Assembly: GCA_035550795.1 (NCBI GenBank)
Contig: DASZOL010000069.1
Span: 3,942 to 67,941, forward strand
Source: Candidatus Methylomirabilota bacterium
Lineage (GTDB): Bacteria; Methylomirabilota; Methylomirabilia; Rokubacteriales; DASRDR01
DNA: 64,000 bases
Direction of reading: 5' to 3'
How positions within the stretch are numbered: the first letter of the stretch is position 1; each line of letters opens with the position of its first letter. The notes under the pieces were generated by a model. That model saw only the letters and a list, made by a program, of their open reading frames with translations, made no database searches and had not been told where the DNA came from. A program made the position numbers and the translations under genes. Shown piece by piece: positions 56,141-64,000 of this stretch.

Positions 56141-57885
56141 GGCCCGCTCTCGGCCTCGTCGACGAGGGGCAGCACGATGTGGCTCGGGTGCTGCGCGTCG
56201 TGATAGACGGTCTGCGTGGCGCGCACGAGGTCGGCGCCCACCCCGAACGACCCGTCCGTGTTCGGGTGCCGGTCGAACTGCGGGAAGTTCGACGACGCGA
56301 TCTCGACCCGGATGCGATGGCCGCGGCGGAACAGATTGGATGACGACCAGCAGTCGATCTCGAGCCGGTACGGCCGGCCCGGCTCGAGGAAGGTCGGTCG
56401 CTCGAAGGAGTCGCGGTAACGGGCGCGCAGGATGCCCTGCGCCACGTTCATCGCGTACCCCGTCGGGAGGACGTCGACGAGCTTCGCGGTGAAGTCGGTG
56501 TCCGGGGCCGACGACGCCGCCCACAGGACCACCTTGATGGGACCGGTGACCTCGACCTCGGCCTCGAGCGGCGGCGTCGAGTAGACGAGCACGTCCGGCC
56601 GCCACTCCGCGGGCCGCTGGTCGCGCGGCCCCATGGAGATCGGCGTGATGTCCTCGCCGCAGCAGGTGCTTCCCCCGAGCGTCGGCACGGGGTCGGCGGG
56701 GTCGTAGACGTACCGGTCCGGCGGCTCCGCACCGGGCGCCCGGCGGTCGAGCCGGCCGTCCCCCCAGAGGGTGCCGGCCTGGCCGGCCGAGTGGAGATAG
56801 TACGGGACGAAGCGAGTGCCGGGGATCGGCCAGTCGGTGGCCGTGCGCCAGCGGTTCCGGCCCATCACGAAAACCTTCACGGGCGGCTCGCTCATGATCC
56901 CGTCGTCCCGGCCGCGGAGCCAGTAGTCGAACCAGCGCAGCTCTTCCCGCCGGAGGTCGACGAGGCTCTCCGGTCCGAAGTCGATGTCACCGGTCCGGCT
57001 CCGGGTGCCGCGCTCCCCCAGCGAGTGGATCCACGGCCCGATCAGGACCTTCTGCCGCCGCGCGCGCTCGGACGCGCCCTTGGCGCGGACCCCCATGAAG
57101 TTGTTGAGGGTCCCCTGGAGGAACACGTCGTACCAGCCGCCGAACCCGTAGGCCGGCACATCGATCTGCGTGTAGTCCTTCTCGACGTTGCCGAGACGCT
57201 CCCAGTACGGCCCGTAGTCCGGGTGCCGGATCCACTCCCGGTAGAACTCGCAGACGCGGCCCGCGCGCTCGTCGCCCGTGAGGAGCGGCAGGTGCCAGAA
57301 GAGCGTCGAGTAGTGCTGCTCGGGAGGCATCCAGAGGTACTGGGTCTGGTTCGTGCGCGTGTGCATCTGCACCGCGCCCCACCGGAGGTTGAAGCCGAGC
57401 TGGAAGGCGCCGCCCGTGTAGACCCAGTTGTGGTAGAGGTTCGAGAACCCGACGCGGGGGGCCATCGCGGCCAGGTGGCGGTTCCGGAGGGGCGCGGCCA
57501 GCCACTGGGTGAGCGCCAGGTACGAGGCGCCGCTGGTCCCCACCTTCCCGGTCGACCACGCCTGCGTCCCGCACCACTCCTGCGCGTCGTAGCCGTCCTC
57601 GGCCTCGTGGACGAACGGGGTCCACTCCCCCCCGGAATCGAAGCGTCCGCGCACGTCCTGGATCGCGACGGCGTAGCCCCGCTGGGCGAAGTAGACGCCG
57701 TCCTCCACCAGGTAGTCGACGTTGTTGCTGTACGGGGTGCGGATCAGGATGACCGGAAAGGGCCCGAGCCCCTCCGGCAGGTAGACGTCGGTCGAGAGCC
57801 TCACGCCGTCCCGCATCGGCACCCCGATGCCCAGCAGCGTGCGCACGTGGTGAAGCGAACCGGCAGCGTCGGTCAGTGGCGGCAT
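56137..57885 (-). CDS. CocE/NonD family serine hydrolase
   Basis: MRDGVRLSTDVY, RTPY, QDVRGRFDSGG, GASY, GPWIH, SSNFPQFDRH. Confidence 0.93.
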   Translation of the reverse strand: MPPLTDAAGSLHHVRTLLGIGVPMRDGVRLSTDVYLPEGLGPFPVILIRTPYSNNVDYLVEDGVYFAQRGYAVAIQDVRGRFDSGGEWTPFVHEAEDGYDAQEWCGTQAWSTGKVGTSGASYLALTQWLAAPLRNRHLAAMAPRVGFSNLYHNWVYTGGAFQLGFNLRWGAVQMHTRTNQTQYLWMPPEQHYSTLFWHLPLLTGDERAGRVCEFYREWIRHPDYGPYWERLGNVEKDYTQIDVPAYGFGGWYDVFLQGTLNNFMGVRAKGASERARRQKVLIGPWIHSLGERGTRSRTGDIDFGPESLVDLRREELRWFDYWLRGRDDGIMSEPPVKVFVMGRNRWRTATDWPIPGTRFVPYYLHSAGQAGTLWGDGRLDRRAPGAEPPDRYVYDPADPVPTLGGSTCCGEDITPISMGPRDQRPAEWRPDVLVYSTPPLEAEVEVTGPIKVVLWAASSAPDTDFTAKLVDVLPTGYAMNVAQGILRARYRDSFERPTFLEPGRPYRLEIDCWSSSNLFRRGHRIRVEIASSNFPQFDRHPNTDGSFGVGADLVRATQTVYHDAQHPSHIVLPLVDEAESGP

Positions 57886-57942
57886 GAGCTCTCCCGGGTT
57901 GAAGGGGCGGGACGTCGAGGCCGGACGGTCCAGGCGGGCGCG

Positions 57943-57951
57943 ACTCTAACA
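57943..57951 (-). promoter_or_regulatory. Extended -10 TG-T-TAGAGT for cocE-add
   Basis: TGnTAnnnT ~57 nt before ATG 57885. Confidence 0.5.
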
Positions 57952-58033
57952 CGCGTCCGCGACGCGAACAAGGCGCCGCGGGCCGCCCCACCGGGGAAGG
58001 TCGGCGCCCGCGGCGAATGGCGGACGGCGGCGC

Positions 58034-59518
58034 CTACCCGGTGCCGAGCACCACGTAGCGCTGCGACCCGTCCCGCTCGACCCGGAGCAGCACCTGGGCA
58101 GGATCCTGGCCGCGAGAGAGTCCTCGCTCGACGTCCTGGAGCCCCTCGACGGCCATCCGGTTCACCTCGCGGATCACGTCCCCCGGCGCGAGGCCCGCCT
58201 GGGCGGCGGGCGAGTCGGGCTTCACCTGGGTCACGACGACTCCCTTGTCGCTCTGGACGCCGAGCTGCTTCGCGAGCTCCGGGGTCAGCTCCTGGAGCGC
58301 CAGCCCGAGCTTCTCGGTGGCCTGGCTCTCCGGGGCCTTCTCGGCAGGCGAGGCGGCGCGCGCTTCCCGCGCGTCGGCGAGGTTCCCCACCGTGACCTGC
58401 ATGGTCTGCTGTTTGCCGTCCCGCAGGACCACGACCGGAACCGCGCGCCCGACCGGCGTGTTGGCCACGATCGCGGGGAGGGTGCGGGGGCCCTCGACGG
58501 GCTTGCCGTCGAAGGTGACGATGACGTCGCCCGGCTTGAAGCCCGCGCGGGCGGCGGGCGAGTCGTCGGAGACCGAGGCGATGAGCGCTCCCTGGGTGCT
58601 CGTGATCCCGAAGGACTTGGCGAGCTCCTGGGTCAGGGGCTGGATCGACACTCCCAGCCACCCCCGGGTGACCTTGCCCGTGGAGCGGAGCTGCCCGAGG
58701 ATCGGCTTCGCCAGGTCGACCGGGATCGCGAACCCGATCCCCTGGAATCCGCCCGAGCTGCTGCGGATCGCCGAGTTGATGCCGACGGCCTCGCCCTTCG
58801 TGTTGATGAGCGGGCCGCCGGAGTTGCCGGGGTTGAGGGCGGCGTCGGTCTGGATGAAGTCATCGAAACGGCCCTGGCCGATGAAGCGGCCGGTGCCGCT
58901 CACGATGCCCACCGTGACGGTGTGATCGAACCCGAACGGGTTCCCGATGGCCATCACGGGCTCGGCCACCTTGAGCGCGCTCGAGCTGCCGAGCGGGATC
59001 ATCGGGAGACCCGTCGCCTCGATCTTCAGGAGGGCGAGATCGGTCTCCGCGTCGCTGCCGACGACCTTCGGCTGGAAGGTCCGCCCGTCGGAAAGCTGGA
59101 CCTCGATGGACTTGGAGCCGTCCACCACGTGATGGTTCGTGACGATGTAGCCGTCGGCGTCGATGATGAACCCGGACCCGACGCCACGCGGGCGGGGCTC
59201 GCGCTCGCCCCCCTCCGGGGTCTGCGGGGGCTGCGGGAAGAACCGCCGGAAGGGCTCGGGGATGTTGGGCGCGCGCGAGCGCCGGGCCTCGCCCGCCGTA
59301 CGGACGTTGACGACGGCCGGCGTGAGCGTCTCCGCCAGCCGCACCCACGGGTACGACTCCGGCAGCGCCCCCGCGAATGCGGGGTCGGTGGCGCGCGGGG
59401 TCGCCTGCGCCACCGTGGACAGGACGCCGCCGGCCGCGCCGGCGGCCGTCGAAGAGCTCGTCAGGGCGAGCAAGAGCCCGAGGGCCACACCCGCGGGCCA
59501 TCGCATGTTGCCACTCAT
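58034..59518 (-). CDS. degP: Do/DegP (HtrA) serine protease with two PDZ domains
   Basis: GSGFII, TNHHVV, DLALLK, QTDAALNPGNSGGPL, two PDZ; SD GGAGG. Confidence 0.9.
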   Translation of the reverse strand: MSGNMRWPAGVALGLLLALTSSSTAAGAAGGVLSTVAQATPRATDPAFAGALPESYPWVRLAETLTPAVVNVRTAGEARRSRAPNIPEPFRRFFPQPPQTPEGGEREPRPRGVGSGFIIDADGYIVTNHHVVDGSKSIEVQLSDGRTFQPKVVGSDAETDLALLKIEATGLPMIPLGSSSALKVAEPVMAIGNPFGFDHTVTVGIVSGTGRFIGQGRFDDFIQTDAALNPGNSGGPLINTKGEAVGINSAIRSSSGGFQGIGFAIPVDLAKPILGQLRSTGKVTRGWLGVSIQPLTQELAKSFGITSTQGALIASVSDDSPAARAGFKPGDVIVTFDGKPVEGPRTLPAIVANTPVGRAVPVVVLRDGKQQTMQVTVGNLADAREARAASPAEKAPESQATEKLGLALQELTPELAKQLGVQSDKGVVVTQVKPDSPAAQAGLAPGDVIREVNRMAVEGLQDVERGLSRGQDPAQVLLRVERDGSQRYVVLGTG

Positions 59519-59544
59519 ATCTCGACTTCCTCCTACCTGTTCTC

Positions 59545-60198
59545 TCAGAAGTTGGCCGGGAAGAAATGGATCGTCCAGCCCGGCGCCCGCGGGTCGACCG
59601 TCAGGGTACGGTCGAACGTCCCGACGAGGCGGCGCCCGAGCTGGGTGTCCACGAATGCCTGCGCAACGACCCGGTGCTGGCCGATGTCCAGCACGACAGG
59701 GGCCTGTGTCCCCGGCCCCAGCACGAGCGGTGCGGGGGATCCGGGCGGAAGGTCGATGAAGACGTGGATCTCCCACTGCGTGCCGTTCGTGATCACGCCC
59801 ACGGTCGGGTCCGGAGGCCGTCCAGGGGCGCCGCTCGAAGGCGGCCCGACGGGGGGCGGAGGCGGGGGCGCTGTCACCACGGACCACTGGCCGGGCGGCG
59901 GCGGAGGAGGAGGCGCGCCGGCCGGCGGGGGCGGGGGAACCGGCGGAGCGGGAGTGGCCGCGGCCGTCCGCTGCTGGATGACCTCGCCAGCCAGCGCGCC
60001 GATCAGGCCGCCGATGAGGGCGCCCAGCCCCAGGTTGCGCCCGACGTGGGACCCGGAGGTCGCGGCGCCGACCATCGCGCCCCCGGCGGCTCCGATGATG
60101 GCCCCCTTCGCCGCGCCCTGGTTGCCCGCGGTACACCCGGCGAGGACGAGGGCCAGGAGCCCCACGGCAACCACTCGGTGCGCGACGCGGATCCTCAC
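59545..60198 (-). CDS. Glycine-zipper lipoprotein with Pro-rich linker and C-terminal beta domain
   Basis: LAGC lipobox, GAIIGAAGGA/GALIGGLIG, poly-Pro; SD GGAGG before GTG 60198. Confidence 0.75.
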   Translation of the reverse strand: MRIRVAHRVVAVGLLALVLAGCTAGNQGAAKGAIIGAAGGAMVGAATSGSHVGRNLGLGALIGGLIGALAGEVIQQRTAAATPAPPVPPPPPAGAPPPPPPPGQWSVVTAPPPPPPVGPPSSGAPGRPPDPTVGVITNGTQWEIHVFIDLPPGSPAPLVLGPGTQAPVVLDIGQHRVVAQAFVDTQLGRRLVGTFDRTLTVDPRAPGWTIHFFPANF

Positions 60199-60358
60199 GG
60201 GAACCTCCCTGGACACGCCTCGTTGCGGCGTTTCTGTCAGTCTACTGCCGGGGGCGCGAGACTGTCCACGAACCCGCCCCCCGATCGCGGTCCGAAGCCT
60301 CCTCTGGCGACGCTTTTGACCACGGAGCGCTCCATACTGTTCACCGGGAGGGTATCTC

Positions 60359-60388
60359 TTGACCCGGGACCGCTAATTGCCCTAGATT
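60359..60388 (+). promoter_or_regulatory. Promoter TTGACC-18-TAGATT for the kinase gene
   Basis: Near-consensus hexamers. Confidence 0.5.
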
Positions 60389-60446
60389 TCAGGCCTACTT
60401 GAGACTCGTCGAGCCTTCCCCGTCGAGGCCGCGGCCAGAGGAGAGC

Positions 60447-62858
60447 GTGACGACCGACCGAGCGGCTTCCCCTCGATCCCTTGTCCCCGCCGGGCCGGGC
60501 CGCCCGTCCGCGGCGCCCATCCCGAGAACCGGCCACTTCGGCTCGCTCCAGACGAAGTTCTTGGTGGGCACGCTGCTCGTCGTGGCGTCGGTCATGGGCG
60601 CCCTGGTCCTGATCGTCGAGCACCGTCAGCGAGAGGCCATCATTCGCGAGGTGCAGAAGCGCGGGGACGCCCTCGCGCGCGACCTCGCCGCGGGCTCCAC
60701 CGGCGCGCTGGTGCTCTACAACTACACGCAGCTCGAGCAGAACGTCGCGCGGCTTGACACCGAGACCGACGTGGCGTACGCGATGATCCTCGACCGCGAG
60801 GGGCGGGTCGCCGCCCACAATCACCGGCCCGAGATCGTGGGCACTCTCCTCTCCGGCAGCACGCTGGACCGCATCCTGTCCACGGATGCCACCCTGGCGC
60901 AGGAGCTCGACGGGCCCGACGGAGAGGCGCTCTACGACTTCGCCGTGCCGATCCGGGTGGACGCCCAGCGGTGGGGCACGGCCCGGATCGGTCTCTCGCG
61001 CCGGCGGATGGAAGCGGAGATCGTCGCCACCCGGCGCCAGCTGGTCGGGCTCGCCGTGCTCGTCCTGGCCGGAGCCGGGCTCGCCTCCGCCCTGGTTGCC
61101 CGAAGAATCGTGCGACCCGTGCGGCAGCTCGCCGCGGGCGCCGTCGCCATCTCCCGGGGGGAGTTCGGCCAGCGCGTCGAGCCGACGACCTCCGACGAGA
61201 TCGGACAGCTGGCCTCCGCGTTCAACGACATGGCCGGCCAGCTGCACGAGCAGCGCTCCGCGCTCCTCGAGCAGAGGACAGCGCTCGAGGCGGCCCACGG
61301 GGAGCTTCGCCGTCGTTTCGGCGAGCTGTCCGATCTCAAGAGCTACACGGACCACATCCTCGACTCTCTGGTCAACGGGATCGTCACCCTCGACCTGGAA
61401 GGCCGCGTCGTCACCCTGAACGGCGCTGCCGAATCGCTCCTCGGATGCCCGGCGCCCGCCGCGGCCCGGGGACGCCATGTGACCGACGTCCTGGCGCACG
61501 CGCCGGAGGTGGTCGCCCTCCTCCAGGCGGCCCTCCAGTGGCGCACCGGGCGCATCGCAACGGTGACGCTCCCGGGGCCGATGGGCCGCGCCGTGCCGCT
61601 CGAGGTCACGACGGCGACCCTGAAGGGGGGCGAGGGGCAGGACCTCGGGGTGCTCGTCATCGTGCGCGATCTCACCGCGGTCCGGGCCCTCGAGGCGCAG
61701 CTCCGGCACGCCCAGAAGATGGAAGCGGTCGGGCGGCTGGCCGGAGGGGTCGCGCACGACTTCAACAACCTGCTCACCGTGATCACCGGCCGGAGCCAGC
61801 TCCTGCTGCTGAAGCTTCCGTCCGACAGCTCGCTCCGCCGGGACGTCGAGCTCGTGGAGGAGACCGCCCACCGGGCCTCCGCCCTGACCCGGCAGCTCCT
61901 CGCGTTCAGCCGGAAGCAGATGGTGCAGCCGCGCATCGTCGACCTGAACGAGGTCGTCCGCGGCATGGAGACGATGCTGAGCCGCCTCATCGGCGAGGAC
62001 ATCTCCCTCGCCACCCGCCTCGATCCGACCGCCGGGTGCGTCCGGGCGGACCCCGCCCAGCTCGAGCAGATGATCGTCAACCTGGCGGTCAACGCGCGTG
62101 ACGCGATGCCCCTCGGGGGGCGGCTGTCGCTCGAGACCAGCTACGTCCGGCTCGACGAGTCCCTCGCCCGGCAGCACGTGGGCCTCCGCCCCGGCCCCCA
62201 TGTCCGCCTGCTCGTCCGCGACACGGGCGTCGGCATGGACGGGCTCATCAAGGCCCACCTCTTCGAGCCGTTCTTCACGACCAAGGGCCCGGGCAAGGGG
62301 ACCGGGCTCGGACTGGCGACGGTCTACGGCATCGTGACGCAGAGCGGGGGCGCGATCCGGGTGGACAGCGAGCCCGGGCACGGCGCCGTGTTCACCATCG
62401 ATCTCCCGCGCGTCGACGCGCCGGCGGACCTGCGCGGAGACCCCGGGATGCCGGAGGCCGCGCCGCACGGCTCGGAGACGGTGCTCCTCGTGGAGGACGA
62501 GCCGGAGGTCCGCGGCCTCGCGCGCGACATCCTGCACCAGCAGGGCTACACAGTGCTGGAGGCGGCGGACGGGGACGAGGCCCTCCGGATCGGGCGGGGA
62601 CACGGGGGTCCCATCCACCTGCTGGTGACCGACGTCGTGATGCCCCAGATGGGCGGCCGCGAGCTCGCCGACCGCCTGCAGGCGGGCCGGCAGGAGACGA
62701 AGGTTCTCTACGTGTCCGGCTACACGGACGACGCCATCCTCCACCAGGGCGTCTCGGAAACGGGCACCGCGTTCCTGCCGAAGCCGTTCACGGCGTCGGC
62801 GCTGGCCCACAAGGTCCGGGAGGTCCTGGACGCGGCACCGGCGGGCGGCGCCCGCTAG
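60447..62858 (+). CDS. Hybrid sensor histidine kinase (TM-Cache-TM-HAMP-PAS-HisKA-HATPase-REC)
   Basis: DEIGQLA, GVAHDFNNLL, NARDAM, DTGVGM, GTGLGL, LLVEDE, TDVVMP, KPF. Confidence 0.93.
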   Translation: MTTDRAASPRSLVPAGPGRPSAAPIPRTGHFGSLQTKFLVGTLLVVASVMGALVLIVEHRQREAIIREVQKRGDALARDLAAGSTGALVLYNYTQLEQNVARLDTETDVAYAMILDREGRVAAHNHRPEIVGTLLSGSTLDRILSTDATLAQELDGPDGEALYDFAVPIRVDAQRWGTARIGLSRRRMEAEIVATRRQLVGLAVLVLAGAGLASALVARRIVRPVRQLAAGAVAISRGEFGQRVEPTTSDEIGQLASAFNDMAGQLHEQRSALLEQRTALEAAHGELRRRFGELSDLKSYTDHILDSLVNGIVTLDLEGRVVTLNGAAESLLGCPAPAAARGRHVTDVLAHAPEVVALLQAALQWRTGRIATVTLPGPMGRAVPLEVTTATLKGGEGQDLGVLVIVRDLTAVRALEAQLRHAQKMEAVGRLAGGVAHDFNNLLTVITGRSQLLLLKLPSDSSLRRDVELVEETAHRASALTRQLLAFSRKQMVQPRIVDLNEVVRGMETMLSRLIGEDISLATRLDPTAGCVRADPAQLEQMIVNLAVNARDAMPLGGRLSLETSYVRLDESLARQHVGLRPGPHVRLLVRDTGVGMDGLIKAHLFEPFFTTKGPGKGTGLGLATVYGIVTQSGGAIRVDSEPGHGAVFTIDLPRVDAPADLRGDPGMPEAAPHGSETVLLVEDEPEVRGLARDILHQQGYTVLEAADGDEALRIGRGHGGPIHLLVTDVVMPQMGGRELADRLQAGRQETKVLYVSGYTDDAILHQGVSETGTAFLPKPFTASALAHKVREVLDAAPAGGAR

Positions 62859-62889
62859 ACTACAGCGCCCGCCGCCGGTCCGAACCGCA

Positions 62890-62911
62890 CGCCCCGCTCG
62901 GGAGCGGGGCG
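62890..62911. terminator. Hairpin between convergent genes
   Basis: CGCCCCGCT / AGCGGGGCG 9-bp stem. Confidence 0.4.
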
Positions 62912-62925
62912 CCGCACGAGGCCCG

Positions 62926-64000
62926 TCAGTCCGCCAGGACGGCGACCGCCGACTCGAACGCCCGGATGGTCTCCGTGACGTCGGCCTCGTCGTGCACGAT
63001 GGACAGGTAGAACTTCGACGCGCCGCGGAACACCCCGCGCTCGCGCAGGAGCCGCACGAAGCGGGCGAGCCGCGCCCGGTCGGCCCCGAGCGTCGAGCGA
63101 TAGTCGGTGATCTCGCCGTCGGTGAAGTAGACCTCGAACAGCACGCCCTCGCCCACGACGCGCGCCGGGATGCCCGCCGAGTCGCAGGCGCGCTGGAGCG
63201 CCTGCTTGAGCTGGTTGCCGAGCGCGTGCATCCGCTCGTAGGTGCCGGGGCGCTTCAGGATCCGGACGGTCGCCAGGCCGGCCGCGGTGGCGATCGGGTT
63301 GCCGCTGAGGGTGCCGACCTGCGGGATGAACTGCTCCCGGCTCACCCGGGACTGGTCAAAGTGCGCCATGAGCTCCTCGCGCCCGGCGACCGCCGTCAAC
63401 GGAAAGCCGCCCCCGACGGCCTTGCCGAGCGCGCAGAGGTCCGGCGTGACGCCGTAGAACTCCTGGGCGCCGCCGTAGGCGAACCGGAACGAGGTCACCA
63501 CCTCGTCGAAGATGAGCGGGATGCCGTGGCGGGCGGTCAGGTCGCGGAGCCCGGTGAGGAACCCCGGGCGCGGCGCCAGCACGCGCTGGAAGGGCTCGAC
63601 GATGATGCCCGCCAGCTCGTCGTGGTGCCGGTTCACGATGGCGGCGGTCGTCTCCAGGTCGTTGAACGGGGCCACCAGCATCGTGGACTCGATCGCCCGC
63701 GGGATGCCCGCCGAGTCCGGCACCGGCGTCGGGAACGCCCCCGGCGCCGGGGGGCTCATGCTCATCACCGCGTAGTCGTGCATGCCGTGATAGCCGCCCT
63801 CGAACTTGAGGATGCGGTCGCGGCGCCGGACGGCGCGCGCCACCCGCATGGCGTAGAGGGTGGCCTCGGTCCCCGAGCTGCAGAAGCGTACCTTCTCCGC
63901 GCACGGCATCGCCTTGGAGATCTCCTCGGCGAGGAGGATGGCGTGCTCGTTGTTCGCGAAGAACGTCGAGCCGCGCTCGAGCTGCTCCTTCACGGCGGCC
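62926..64000 (-). CDS. Glutamate-1-semialdehyde aminomutase-like class III aminotransferase (5' partial)
   Basis: SGTEAT, GGYHG, LIFDEVVTSFR, LGKAVGGGFP, GTLSGNP. Confidence 0.85.
   Translation of the reverse strand, partial: AAVKEQLERGSTFFANNEHAILLAEEISKAMPCAEKVRFCSSGTEATLYAMRVARAVRRRDRILKFEGGYHGMHDYAVMSMSPPAPGAFPTPVPDSAGIPRAIESTMLVAPFNDLETTAAIVNRHHDELAGIIVEPFQRVLAPRPGFLTGLRDLTARHGIPLIFDEVVTSFRFAYGGAQEFYGVTPDLCALGKAVGGGFPLTAVAGREELMAHFDQSRVSREQFIPQVGTLSGNPIATAAGLATVRILKRPGTYERMHALGNQLKQALQRACDSAGIPARVVGEGVLFEVYFTDGEITDYRSTLGADRARLARFVRLLRERGVFRGASKFYLSIVHDEADVTETIRAFESAVAVLAD

Noticed and set aside
1235-62810. Many long antisense or alternative-frame ORFs (e.g. 1235-3013, 17628-21200, 21073-22992, 45249-47657, 60237-62810)
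   Set aside because: Arg/Gly/Pro-rich shadow frames of real genes, expected in very GC-rich DNA; no family motifs.
62926-64000. Calling the terminal aminotransferase hemL as part of a heme cluster
   Set aside because: The loop after YHG (MHDYAVMSMSP) differs from HemL (HADSLLVKAGSG), and it is 10 kb from hemE; probably a paralogue.

Overview
Very GC-rich bacterial window of mostly housekeeping and metabolic genes. Gene content (many ABC and MFS transporters, amidohydrolases, DRRxxERR-motif proteins) suggests Ca. Rokubacteria/Methylomirabilota; this is inference only. About 55 CDS can be supported, partial at both ends. They include a peptide ABC system, a GldAFG-like/DUF4340 export operon, tkt-gntK, a sugar ABC/oxidoreductase/aminotransferase cluster, a Liv-type ABC, hemE-hemY, an amidase with a tiny partner, deaminases, DegP and a hybrid kinase. 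I found no rRNA, tRNA, CRISPR array or mobile element. Best novelty candidates: (1) a 318-aa single-domain AAA+ protein ending in GQYL, the C-terminal 20S-proteasome docking motif of Mpa/ARC and Bpa, but with no coiled-coil/OB domain and with degenerate Walker B, pore-loop, sensor-1 and Arg-finger motifs. It is in an operon with a signal-peptide-bearing DUF151 nuclease. (2) An 841-aa TPR-like/NYN RNase fusion within a run of orphan Zn-finger, coiled-coil and CusF-fold genes. (3) A promoter-driven structured ncRNA candidate at about 43.63-43.85 kb. (4) Several predicted leaderless genes, overlapping bidirectional promoters and a probable CTG start. All assignments come from motifs read by eye; no searches or folding programs were run.
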